Assembly: GCA_027334715.1 (NCBI GenBank) | Contig: DAHWUG010000001.1 | Location: forward strand, 107,158 to 171,157 | Direction of reading: 5' to 3' | Source of the DNA: Nanobdellota archaeon | Lineage (GTDB): Archaea; Nanobdellota; Nanobdellia; Pacearchaeales; GW2011-AR1 | Length of the DNA: 64,000 nucleotides | Shown: piece after piece, positions 16,927-26,127 of the stretch | How the letters are laid out: each line of letters opens with the position of its first letter | Numbering within the stretch: the first letter of the stretch is position 1 | The notes under the pieces: model-generated | Told to the model about the DNA's origin: nothing | Seen by the model: only the letters and a program-made list of their open reading frames with translations | The model's database searches: none | Translations under genes and position numbers: made by a program

Positions 16927-18777
16927 ATGAATAAACAAAAAAGTCAATTGCCAAGTATAAAAGAAATGAAAATAAAATTTACTCTATTAGATAAATTATT
17001 CTATACTTTTATAACTTTTTTAATATTCTTAGTTTTAGGTGTTGGCGTTTATGCTACATCTTTAACGCCGGGCCAGGCGCCTAATCCAGGGCATCTTATA
17101 ACAGAGATTGCCCCCCCTTCTCCTTGCTCTGCAGGTCAGTTTTTAGGTTGGAATGGAACCTTGTCTTCATGGTTTTGTGCTTTTGCACCTGCTTCGCTTA
17201 TAGTGTCGGTTAGCCCTTCACTAGGGGAACCTGTCTTAACCCCTGGAACAACGCCAAATCCTGGGCATATAATAACAGAAGTTGCGCCGCCTTCTTCTTG
17301 CCTTAATGGTCAATTCCTGCAGTTCAATAGCGCAACATGGGCATGCGCTTCCTTCGCCTCTTCTACAACGCTTTCTGCTCCACAAAATCTTACTGGTTTC
17401 TTTGACCAGTACCTTGTTAGGAACAATCTGGTGTGGCAGCCAGTTACAGGAGCTGCAGGATACAACTTTTACAGAAATGGAACTCTCTTTAAGAGTATAG
17501 GAAATTACACCTACTTTATTGACGATAATATCACAAAGGGCAGCACATACTCTTATACTGTTACTGCCTATGACCAGTATGGCGCTGAATCAGGACAGTC
17601 AAACTCGGTTACAATAAATGTGCCCATCAAGAGTACGACACCCCCAACAGTCAGCATAATAAACCCTGTGAGCGGCGCAAATCTAACTGTATCCTATGCG
17701 TATGGGAATCCTTCTGCTTACATGATTAATATAACGACCCAGACAACAAGTTACAACGGAATATCTTATGTCAATTTCTGGCTTGCTAATAGTTCTCTAC
17801 CAGATTTAAACTCCCAGAGTGTTTATATTGGGACTGCTTGGGGCAACAATCCCTCCCTTTACTGGAATGGTTTGAATGCTCCTAGCGGAAATTATAATCT
17901 TATTGCAGTTGCTTATGATATCTATGGCTATGTATCAAATTTGTCATACGTGACAATCCACATAACTGATGCATCTCCTTTCTGCCCATCATACTGCCCT
18001 GCCTCATGCATAACTGGTGTTTGCGCTGCGCCTTCAAATGGGACTTACAGCATCCCATTCTACTCGTTATGCACTGCAAATGGTGGAATCGTTTTCCCAA
18101 ATGACATATGCCAGTTAAATGATTCTTCATGCCCTCTTAATTGGATTGCAAACTGGAATTTCTCAGACTGGGCAACAACAACATCAAACACCTGTAATGG
18201 AGGCACTGCATATGGTGATTATGGACAAGTATGTACAGGGAATTCATGCACAACTGGCTCAGAACCTTGGAGCAATACCTACTCATATCCTATATCAAGC
18301 TGTAATTATAACTCTGCATATTCATATGCTACATCAGACCCTGCCTTATGCCCACAAGGTGGACAATGCACTGTTTGCGCTACAAACTCAACAACATGCT
18401 ATGCCAATATTGTGCAGGTAGGTTGCACTATTTATCCTACATCTCTGAGATGCACAAATGCAGGAGGTACATGGGACAGTCAGCATAATGTATGCCAGTT
18501 TGGGGGAAGTGCATGCCCTAGTGGATGGAATTTTGTCCCATCATGGACAACCACTATTCGTAATACATGCGATGGAACAAATGCCATAACATTAACAGGA
18601 GCAGCTACAGGGTGTTATGGAAACTCATGTACAACTGGATATCATGCCTGGAATAATCTTCCTACAGAATCCTGCAGCTATAATCAGTCTTATATAAATA
18701 ATGCTACTGGCGCCTGTTCTATTAATCAGCAATTTTGTTATGCTAACGTAACACAGGTCGGCTGCCTCCCTGCTTAA
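16927..18777 (+). CDS. secreted/anchored cysteine-rich surface protein (2 PNPGH modules, FN3, Ig-like, two ~105-120-aa Cys-rich repeats)
   Basis: 616 aa, starting 7 nt after the previous gene. The N-terminal YTFITF anchor is paralogous to the upstream gene. It has an FN3-like segment (APQNLTG...YSYTVTAYDQYGAESGQS) and an internal duplication ending CYAN(I/V)(V/T)QVGC. Confidence 0.7.
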   Translation: MNKQKSQLPSIKEMKIKFTLLDKLFYTFITFLIFLVLGVGVYATSLTPGQAPNPGHLITEIAPPSPCSAGQFLGWNGTLSSWFCAFAPASLIVSVSPSLGEPVLTPGTTPNPGHIITEVAPPSSCLNGQFLQFNSATWACASFASSTTLSAPQNLTGFFDQYLVRNNLVWQPVTGAAGYNFYRNGTLFKSIGNYTYFIDDNITKGSTYSYTVTAYDQYGAESGQSNSVTINVPIKSTTPPTVSIINPVSGANLTVSYAYGNPSAYMINITTQTTSYNGISYVNFWLANSSLPDLNSQSVYIGTAWGNNPSLYWNGLNAPSGNYNLIAVAYDIYGYVSNLSYVTIHITDASPFCPSYCPASCITGVCAAPSNGTYSIPFYSLCTANGGIVFPNDICQLNDSSCPLNWIANWNFSDWATTTSNTCNGGTAYGDYGQVCTGNSCTTGSEPWSNTYSYPISSCNYNSAYSYATSDPALCPQGGQCTVCATNSTTCYANIVQVGCTIYPTSLRCTNAGGTWDSQHNVCQFGGSACPSGWNFVPSWTTTIRNTCDGTNAITLTGAATGCYGNSCTTGYHAWNNLPTESCSYNQSYINNATGACSINQQFCYANVTQVGCLPA

Positions 18778-18910
18778 TCAGATTTTTGGGAAGACTTAAC
18801 TGACAAGAACATATTTTAATAATATGATAGTTTGTGTAATCTATTAGATAAAGTTAATATTACAATAATAGAATATGGACTTGCTGTCATATAAAAAAGA
18901 AGATTAATTT

Positions 18911-19252
18911 TTATCTCACCCTGCTTCCTAATTCAATATCCTTTTCCGGCTGCAGCAGGAAAACATCTCTTTCATCTGAAGAAACAGCTGCAAGAAGCAT
19001 TCCTTGACTTTCAATTCCCTTTAACTTTCTTGGTTCAAGGTTTGTGAATACAATTATTGTTTTTCCTTTTAACTCTTCTTTTTTGTAATGCTTCTTTATT
19101 CCTGCAACAAGCGTTCTTTTTCCCAGCTCTTTGCCCAAATCAATTGAAAGCTTGTAAAGCTTGTCAGCTTTGTCTATTTCTTCAACATCAAGGATTTTTG
19201 CCGTTCGCAGGTCAATTTTCTGCCATTCTGAAAAGGGAATTATCTCTGCCAT
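18911..19252 (-). CDS. stand-alone tRNA-binding domain protein (Trbp111/EMAPII/MetRS C-terminal-like)
   Basis: 113 aa. The pattern F..IDLR.AKIL.VE.I..ADKLYKL.IDLG.E..RTLVAGI...Y..EEL.GK..IV..NL.PRKL.G..S.GMLLAA is the OB-fold tRNA-binding domain. Confidence 0.75.
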   Translation of the reverse strand: MAEIIPFSEWQKIDLRTAKILDVEEIDKADKLYKLSIDLGKELGKRTLVAGIKKHYKKEELKGKTIIVFTNLEPRKLKGIESQGMLLAAVSSDERDVFLLQPEKDIELGSRVR

Positions 19253-19441
19253 GCAATATTTAGTGCAAAAACCGGTTTATAATATTTTTTATTAATCTTC
19301 GCTCGGCCATGGATATGCTAAATTTGCCTTGCTTCATAAAATCTAGAATTTTAATACAGAAAAACTTATTTAATTTATTACCCTGTTTGTTTGTACATTA
19401 AAAACCAGATGGATTTACATGAATAAATCGCGTCATGAAAG

Positions 19442-20215
19442 TTAACCAAAGCCAAGCCAGGCATAGAATCTTTTGAGCATGTTATTCTGGTCTTTTTTGG
19501 AATCGTATGGAACATTAAGGATTTTGGCAGCTATTTCCTTGTATGCGCGTGATGCATCGCTTTTTGGATGCAAATGCACAACAGGAGACTTGTCCTTTAT
19601 TGATTTCTGCACGGCAATATCTTCCGGAACCATTCCAATAATTGGAACTTCAAGCATTTCTTTTACAATATTTGGCTCAAGCTCAATGTCATTCTTTTTT
19701 ACCCTTGTCACAATAACCCCAAGAATTGGCTTTTTCATCTGCTGAGCAAGCCTTACTGTTTTCAATGCATCTGTCACCGCAGGCATCTCAGGATTTGTTA
19801 CGATAATTATCTCATCTGCAGCTTCAATTGCAAAAACAGCCTCAGGACCCAAGCCAGCAGAACTGTCAACAATTATCTTTCTTGAAAGCTTTTTGAACTG
19901 GCTCTTGAAATCCTTGAACCTCTCAGGCTTTGTCTTTCTTAGCTCGCTTAAGGAAAGGGAGGAAGGCATAATCTTTATTCCTGACTCATGCTCATAAACA
20001 GCCTCAAATGGTTCTGCTCTTCCTGACAATACATGATTAAGGCTTATTGGAACTTCAGGAGAATTCAAATGCAGTCCGATATTTGGAGTTGAAAGGTTTC
20101 CATCAATTATTAGGACATCTTCCCCGAAATATTTCATTGCAGCTGCCAGGTTTATTGCTGTTGTTGTTTTTCCAACACCGCCTTTTCCAGATGTTATGAC
20201 AGTTATTCTTGACAT
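19442..20215 (-). CDS. minD: MinD/ParA-family P-loop ATPase
   Basis: 257 aa with the deviant Walker A motif SGKGGVGKTT. Confidence 0.8.
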   Translation of the reverse strand: MSRITVITSGKGGVGKTTTAINLAAAMKYFGEDVLIIDGNLSTPNIGLHLNSPEVPISLNHVLSGRAEPFEAVYEHESGIKIMPSSLSLSELRKTKPERFKDFKSQFKKLSRKIIVDSSAGLGPEAVFAIEAADEIIIVTNPEMPAVTDALKTVRLAQQMKKPILGVIVTRVKKNDIELEPNIVKEMLEVPIIGMVPEDIAVQKSIKDKSPVVHLHPKSDASRAYKEIAAKILNVPYDSKKDQNNMLKRFYAWLGFG

Positions 20216-20331
20216 TTTTGTTAAATTATTTTATGGTATAATAAACTTTTATGGGCTTATAAGGATTATTATTAGAATTGCTTTGTGTTAAATTTAATTG
20301 TTACAGGATTATATTAACCCCTTAAACCTGT

Positions 20332-20772
20332 TCATGATGAGTGAAATTGTTTAACTGTGCTTATAAATTTTTCCAGCTTTTCTGCATAAAGCTTGAGTTT
20401 GTCGAGGTTGATGTTTATTTCTTCGCCAAGATAAAAAACCTTTAGGGTGACATTTTTTCTGAATTCTCCTATTCTCTCTTTCCTTAACTCTTCTATCTTT
20501 CTGAACATTTCATACATATCCATGACTTCCTGGAAATTCTGATCTTTCTTGAATAATTTTCTTACAGATTCTATCTGGCCTATTGGATTTGCAGGGATAG
20601 AAGATATTTTCTTCTTCTTTTTTGCATGTTTTAGAATTGCATTTATGGCTGTCTCTATCATCTTCCTCCAGCGAAGAAGAAGGTTGATAATGACATCACA
20701 AGTTTTTGTGTATTTTAGGCTGACATACAAAAGATGGTCAGCGCTGATTTTCTCCTGAATTATTTCTTCCAT
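20332..20772 (-). CDS. helical protein of unknown function (paralog of 20865-21338)
   Basis: 146 aa. The N-terminal ADHLLYVSLKYTK...AINAILKH aligns with LDHMVYVTFPLIK...CITSILQY of its neighbour. Confidence 0.45.
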   Translation of the reverse strand: MEEIIQEKISADHLLYVSLKYTKTCDVIINLLLRWRKMIETAINAILKHAKKKKKISSIPANPIGQIESVRKLFKKDQNFQEVMDMYEMFRKIEELRKERIGEFRKNVTLKVFYLGEEININLDKLKLYAEKLEKFISTVKQFHSS

Positions 20773-20864
20773 TAAGCCAACTTTTCACCCCTCAGAAAGG
20801 CATTATTATGCGAGGGTGCGCTACTATTTATACCTTTCTTTCTGTCATTTTTACGAGGTAAAAT

Positions 20865-21338
20865 TTAAGCACTATTTTTTCTCATTCCTTCCCTTGTTTT
20901 CTTCAGCATTTCCTTGGCAAGATTGAGAAACTGCTTGGTCTTTTCAATGCTCAAGGTTATATGATTCATACTTTCAGAAAGAATAACAACCTCTTCTCCC
21001 TTTATGAATTCAAAAGGGCTAGATTTATGTTTTTCGACAAAATCAAAAAGCTCAAGGACAAGACTAATTTCATCTTTGCCTATTCCATATCTTGCAGCGC
21101 ATTTTTCAGTGAATGTCCTGAAATTTTCCTTTGGATCCCTTGACAGGCTCACGCGTTTGAAAATGTATTCATATTGCAGAATTGAAGTTATGCAATCTGC
21201 CACAGATTTTTTTATTTCCTGGATTACCTTTAGAAGAAGCCTTTTGTCTTTTATAAGGGGAAATGTCACATAAACCATGTGATCAAGAGTCTTTATCGTC
21301 TTTTCAGCTTCCTCAAGACTTTCAAGGAATTTTTCCAT
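20865..21338 (-). CDS. helical protein of unknown function (paralog of 20332-20772)
   Basis: 157 aa. See the paralog alignment under 20332-20772. Confidence 0.45.
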   Translation of the reverse strand: MEKFLESLEEAEKTIKTLDHMVYVTFPLIKDKRLLLKVIQEIKKSVADCITSILQYEYIFKRVSLSRDPKENFRTFTEKCAARYGIGKDEISLVLELFDFVEKHKSSPFEFIKGEEVVILSESMNHITLSIEKTKQFLNLAKEMLKKTREGMRKNSA

Positions 21339-21401
21339 AATCTGATAAAGGACCCAGAATTAATATGATTATTGGTTGTTTAAAATACATTACAATTATT
21401 C

Positions 21402-21749
21402 TTAACTAAGCTTTAAAATTGCATCTGCAATGTCCCTTGTTTCTTCAAGCGTTTTCCTTGCCTTTTCCCTTGTTGCGCCTGTTTTTTCCATTACTGTTTT
21501 TATATCATCATCTGAAATCTCAAAACCGGATTCTTCATGGGCATCTCCTGAAATCTGGAAGCTTTCCTGACCCTGCATTGAAATCTTTGCCACAGAAGGA
21601 TTTTCAATGACAATTTTTTTCCCATCATTTTTTTCTATTATGACACGAAAGGCGTCTATGTCTTCCTGAGACATGCCAAGCTGCTTCATCACTGCCTGCA
21701 TTTTCTTTGGATTTAATCCCCCGCCTAATCCGCCAAGTCCCCCTAACAT
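21402..21749 (-). CDS. nac: nascent polypeptide-associated complex protein (NAC)
   Basis: 115 aa with a NAC beta-barrel segment (VIIEKNDGKKIVIENPSVAKISMQGQESFQISG) and a C-terminal UBA-like segment (DIKTVMEKTGATREKARKTLEE). Confidence 0.8.
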   Translation of the reverse strand: MLGGLGGLGGGLNPKKMQAVMKQLGMSQEDIDAFRVIIEKNDGKKIVIENPSVAKISMQGQESFQISGDAHEESGFEISDDDIKTVMEKTGATREKARKTLEETRDIADAILKLS

Positions 21750-21782
21750 TTTTCAGCTTTTAAAATTCTATTTAACCTTTAT

Positions 21783-21941
21783 TTATTTAATCAAGAAAGT
21801 AAGTGCAACCCTAAAAACAAGTATGAAAACTACAAATGCAACCACATGAGCTGGCTTTATCATTATCTTTGATTCATATTCTTCATCAAATCTCATCAAC
21901 CCGCCAAATCCAGCGGGCATCTGTATTTTATCGTCTGCCAT
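21783..21941 (-). CDS. secG: preprotein translocase subunit Sec61beta/SecG (52 aa, not in ORF track)
   Basis: Manual translation gives MADDKIQMPAGFGGLMRFDEEYESKIMIKPAHVVAFVVFILVFRVALTFLIK*. It has the AG(L/F)xR(Y/F) motif followed by a single C-terminal TM, as in archaeal Sec61beta. Confidence 0.6.
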   Translation of the reverse strand: MADDKIQMPAGFGGLMRFDEEYESKIMIKPAHVVAFVVFILVFRVALTFLIK

Positions 21942-21998
21942 TTTAACAATGTAAAAAGAATGGCATAGTTTTTAAAAGTTGTTGTATTAAGAATATTA

Positions 21999-24377
21999 AT
22001 GGCACTTAAGGACATAAAAAATTGGAATATTGAGCTGGAAAAAGAGATAACATCCAGGTGGAAGAAGTCAGATATGTTCAAATTTGACCAAAAATCAAAA
22101 AAAAAGGTATATTCTATTGATACCCCCCCTCCTTATGTTAATGCTCCTGTTCACATAGGTCAGGCAGTTACCTATTGCTACATGGACTTCTTTGCAAGGT
22201 ACAGGAGAATGAAGGGATTACAGGTTATTTTCCCTCTTGGCTTGGACCGGAATGGCTTGCCAATTGAAATGGCAGCTGAAAAAGAATTTGGAATTTCTCC
22301 ATTTCATATTCCAAGAGAAAAATTTATTGAATACTGCAAGAAAATACTTGAAAGAACCTCCACCGAAACAGAAGACACATTCGCCAAACTAGGAATTTCA
22401 TTCACATCATACAAAAAAAGCAGGAATATTGGCTCTGTTTATCTGACTGATTCAGAAGAATACAGGAGAATAACACAGGCAACATTTGTTGATTTATTCA
22501 AAAAAGGACTTGTCTATGAGGATACACGGATAAATAACTGGGACCCTAAACTGCAGACGACCATTGCCGATTCTGAAATAGAATACAGGGATTTGCCCAG
22601 CATATTTAATTTTGTAAAATGGAAAATCAAGGAAACAGGAGAAGAAATAATAATTGGAACAACAAGGCCTGAGTTAATATGCACTTGCGGCGCAGTTATA
22701 TTTAATCCAAATGATGCAAGATACAAGAGGCTTAATGGAAAAACAGCAATAAGCCCGATTTTTGGGAAAGAAGTAAAAATAAAATCACATTCCCTGGCAG
22801 CTGAAGAGAAAGGGACAGGGATTATGATGATGTGTTCTGTAGGAGACTTGTCAGACATACAATTTTTCAGGGAAGAAGGATTGAAACCAATTATTGCAAT
22901 TAACGCAGACGGAACAATGAATGAACATGCCGGAGTTTTAAAAGGATTGAAAGTTAAGGAAGCCAGAAAAAAAATTATTGAATTGCTCAAAGAAAAAAAT
23001 CTTATACAGAAGCAGGAAAACATTGTGCACAGAACTCCTGTTTCTGAAAGAAGCGGAGCAGAGGTTGAATTTATTGAAATGCCTGAATTTTACATCAAGC
23101 AAATAGAATTTAAGAACAGCCTTAAAAAATTTGCAGGTAAGAAAAACATTTATTTTTATCCAGAGGAATCCAGAAAAATACTTTTTGACTGGATTGATTC
23201 CCTTAAAATAGACTGGCCTATTTCAAGGAGAAGATTCTATGCAACGCCAATTCCATTGTGGAAATCAGGAAAGAAAATTGCGATTTCAGATGGAAATGCC
23301 TACTATGAGCCCTGGAAGCAGAAACCAGAGCAAAATTTTGAAGTTTTTGAAAAAGGTAAGAAAATAGGCAGGGTAAAGGACTTCCAAAACGAAAAATGGA
23401 TTGGCGAAGAAAGAGTATTTGACACATGGATGGATTCTTCAATTTCAGAGCTTGTTCTCTTGAAATATAAGGAAGACGACACCTTTTTCAAAAAAGCATA
23501 TCCTGCAACATTAAGGCCGCAGGGAAAAGAGATTGTAAGAACATGGCTATACTACACCTTGCTTCGAGGATATTTAATTGATTCTAAAACACCCCCATTT
23601 GAAAATGTCTGGGTACATCAGCATATTGTTGATGCAAAAGGATTCAAGATGTCAAAATCCAAGGGAAACATAATAAATCCGCAGGATTTATTGAAAAAAT
23701 ACGGTGCAGAAGCAATAAGATTATGGGCTGCCACAGAAGGAGACCTTTCAAAGAATGATTTGAAATGCTCAGAAGAAAAAATAAATTCTGAATTAAAGAC
23801 ACTGAACAAAATTCTCAATGTTTCAAAGTTTGTCATGCTGTTTAACAATCCAAAAAATGCCAAATTGACTGAATTTGATAAACTATTTGTGGATTATATT
23901 GAGAGTCTCACCGAGTTTTCAGGCAAAGAATATGAAAAATATGATTTTTATGCTCCTGCCTTAAAACTTAAGCACTTTTTATGGGAAATATTTGCTTCCC
24001 ATTATCTTGAAATGATTAAAACAAGGGCTTACAACCAGGAGGGGAAATTTACAAAGGAAGAATCTGATTCTGCGAAGCATACGCTTCACTTTTTGCTTGA
24101 GAGATTTTTGCTTTTGATTTATCCCATAATTCCCCAAATAACCTCAACAATTTGCATTGAGAATGAAATTGATTTGCTAAACCATGACTGGCCAAAATCC
24201 AAAAAAGGAAAATCCGAATTAAAACTTATTGACGAGATTATGGAATTCAACAGTCTTGTTTGGAAAGAAAAGAAAGAGAAAGGAATAAGCCTTAGGGAAA
24301 AAATTTCTGGAATACAGATTCCAAAAAGACTTAAGCAGTTTGAAAAGGATTTAGGGGCTGCCCATAACTTAATTTAA
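21999..24377 (+). CDS. valS: class Ia aminoacyl-tRNA synthetase, most likely valyl-tRNA synthetase
   Basis: 792 aa with a degenerate HIGH motif (DTPPPYVNAPVHIGQA), DTWMDSS, RPQGKEIVRTWLYYT and KMSKSKGN. I assigned ValRS rather than LeuRS or IleRS from motif memory and from size. Confidence 0.6.
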   Translation: MALKDIKNWNIELEKEITSRWKKSDMFKFDQKSKKKVYSIDTPPPYVNAPVHIGQAVTYCYMDFFARYRRMKGLQVIFPLGLDRNGLPIEMAAEKEFGISPFHIPREKFIEYCKKILERTSTETEDTFAKLGISFTSYKKSRNIGSVYLTDSEEYRRITQATFVDLFKKGLVYEDTRINNWDPKLQTTIADSEIEYRDLPSIFNFVKWKIKETGEEIIIGTTRPELICTCGAVIFNPNDARYKRLNGKTAISPIFGKEVKIKSHSLAAEEKGTGIMMMCSVGDLSDIQFFREEGLKPIIAINADGTMNEHAGVLKGLKVKEARKKIIELLKEKNLIQKQENIVHRTPVSERSGAEVEFIEMPEFYIKQIEFKNSLKKFAGKKNIYFYPEESRKILFDWIDSLKIDWPISRRRFYATPIPLWKSGKKIAISDGNAYYEPWKQKPEQNFEVFEKGKKIGRVKDFQNEKWIGEERVFDTWMDSSISELVLLKYKEDDTFFKKAYPATLRPQGKEIVRTWLYYTLLRGYLIDSKTPPFENVWVHQHIVDAKGFKMSKSKGNIINPQDLLKKYGAEAIRLWAATEGDLSKNDLKCSEEKINSELKTLNKILNVSKFVMLFNNPKNAKLTEFDKLFVDYIESLTEFSGKEYEKYDFYAPALKLKHFLWEIFASHYLEMIKTRAYNQEGKFTKEESDSAKHTLHFLLERFLLLIYPIIPQITSTICIENEIDLLNHDWPKSKKGKSELKLIDEIMEFNSLVWKEKKEKGISLREKISGIQIPKRLKQFEKDLGAAHNLI

Positions 24378-24378
24378 A

Positions 24379-25470
24379 ATGACACAATTATCTAAGGAAG
24401 AACTTGCAGAGCTTGTTGAAGAGCTGGAGCAGTACAAAGGAAGGGCGACAGAGCTGATAAGCGTTTACATTCCTGTTGGACAAAATATTTACACTGTTGC
24501 AGACCAGCTTGAGGCTGAAAAATCAACTGCAAAGAACATTAAATCAACGAGCACAAGAAAAAATGTAGGAAATGCGCTTGACAAAATAACAAGGCAGCTT
24601 AAAGAGCATAAAAAAACCCCTGAAAATGGAATGGTTATTTTTGCAGGAAATATTTCCAAAGTTGAAGGCCAGGATGATTTAAGATTGTGGGAAATTGAAC
24701 CCCCTATGCAGGTAAAAACAAGAATGTACAGATGCGACAAGGAGTTTATTCTAGAGCCAATTAAGGAAATGCTGGAAGTAACGGAAGTTTTTGGACTGCT
24801 TGTAATGGATAGGAAAGAGGCAACAATCGGGATTCTTGAAGGAAAAAGGATTGAGGCCCTCCAGAAAATGACTTCCGGCATTCCTAGCAAAGTAAGGGCA
24901 GGAGGGCAATCAAGTCAGAGATTCCACAGGATTACAGAAGGGCTTACCAAGGATTTTTACAAAAGAATTGCAGAAGAAATGAAAACTATTTTTTTCACCA
25001 TGCCAAAGCTAAAGGGAATTCTTATTGGGGGACCAATACCAACAAAGGACGAATTTGTTGAAGGAGATTATCTTACCGGCAATCTTCAGCAAAAAGTCAT
25101 GGGAAAAATAGACATTGGCGATGCTTCTGAATCAGGATTGAGGGAACTTGTTGAGAAATCACAGGGTCTTTTAGTTAACCATGAAAGGACAAAAGAGAAA
25201 AAAATTGTTGAATCACTTTTTAGAGTTTTGGGCGAAGACCCAAAAAAAGCGCTTCTTGGAGAGCAAGAAGCGAGAAAAGCACTGGAAATGGGTGCTGTTG
25301 AGACATTGTACTTGAGCCTGAAAATACAAAAACCTCTTGCAAAAGAACTGTCAAAAATGGCCAAGAATATTGGTTCAGAAGTTTATCTTATTTCAACAGA
25401 AACGCCTGAAGGCGAGCAGTTCTTTAACATGGGAGGAATTGGCTGCGTTTTAAGATTTAAAATCGGATAA
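24379..25470 (+). CDS. prf1: peptide chain release factor aRF1
   Basis: 363 aa with the NIKS motif (AKNIKS) and the GGQ motif (AGGQSSQRF). Confidence 0.9.
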   Translation: MTQLSKEELAELVEELEQYKGRATELISVYIPVGQNIYTVADQLEAEKSTAKNIKSTSTRKNVGNALDKITRQLKEHKKTPENGMVIFAGNISKVEGQDDLRLWEIEPPMQVKTRMYRCDKEFILEPIKEMLEVTEVFGLLVMDRKEATIGILEGKRIEALQKMTSGIPSKVRAGGQSSQRFHRITEGLTKDFYKRIAEEMKTIFFTMPKLKGILIGGPIPTKDEFVEGDYLTGNLQQKVMGKIDIGDASESGLRELVEKSQGLLVNHERTKEKKIVESLFRVLGEDPKKALLGEQEARKALEMGAVETLYLSLKIQKPLAKELSKMAKNIGSEVYLISTETPEGEQFFNMGGIGCVLRFKIG

Positions 25471-25477
25471 ACTTTAA

Positions 25478-26086
25478 ATGGTAAACAAATTGGGAGTTGC
25501 CACAAAAGTTTTTGGACTGTATTTGGTATTTCTTTCACTGCTTGCTATTGCAAATGCTTTTTTTCACCCTGAAATTGCCTCGCCTCTTTGGTTTTGCTAC
25601 ATAGCTGTTTTTCTTATTGGGCTTGGCCTTTTTTACGGGAAATCAGATATTGTTGCAATGCAGATAAATATAATGGCAATACCTGTTCTTGTATGGAACA
25701 TTGATTTTTATCATTACCTTATAACGGGAAAGACTTTATGGGGGGTAACAGATTATTTCTTTGCTAGCAAGGATACTTTGAGTAATTTTATAACCCTTCA
25801 GCATCTTTATGTAATTCCGATTACATTGGTTTTCCTTTATTTTCTCGGAAGCTATGGAAAGAACATATGGAAGTGGAGTTTTCTTGAAGCAGCAGGAATA
25901 TTTATTTTGTCCTGGTTTTTTACAGCACCTTCCGCAAATGTCAATTGTGTCTTTAAATCATGCATTAACTTCTTGCATGTAACAGGAATATCATACCAGA
26001 TTTTATGGTTTGCCGCGATGCTGCTCATGATTTTCCTGACAAACAGGATATTTTCTTATCTTATTAATAAAATTAAAAAAAGATAA
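25478..26086 (+). CDS. polytopic membrane protein, unknown function
   Basis: 202 aa with about six hydrophobic segments. Confidence 0.45.
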   Translation: MVNKLGVATKVFGLYLVFLSLLAIANAFFHPEIASPLWFCYIAVFLIGLGLFYGKSDIVAMQINIMAIPVLVWNIDFYHYLITGKTLWGVTDYFFASKDTLSNFITLQHLYVIPITLVFLYFLGSYGKNIWKWSFLEAAGIFILSWFFTAPSANVNCVFKSCINFLHVTGISYQILWFAAMLLMIFLTNRIFSYLINKIKKR

Positions 26087-26127
26087 AACGAATAAGTTTA
26101 AAACTTGTTGGGATTTATTTTAACTAT

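Noticed and set aside
21896-22081. Track ORF of 61 aa on the minus strand upstream of valS.
   Set aside because: It has no recognisable features. It overlaps the valS start and, in another frame, the much better supported 52-aa Sec61beta ORF (21783-21941).
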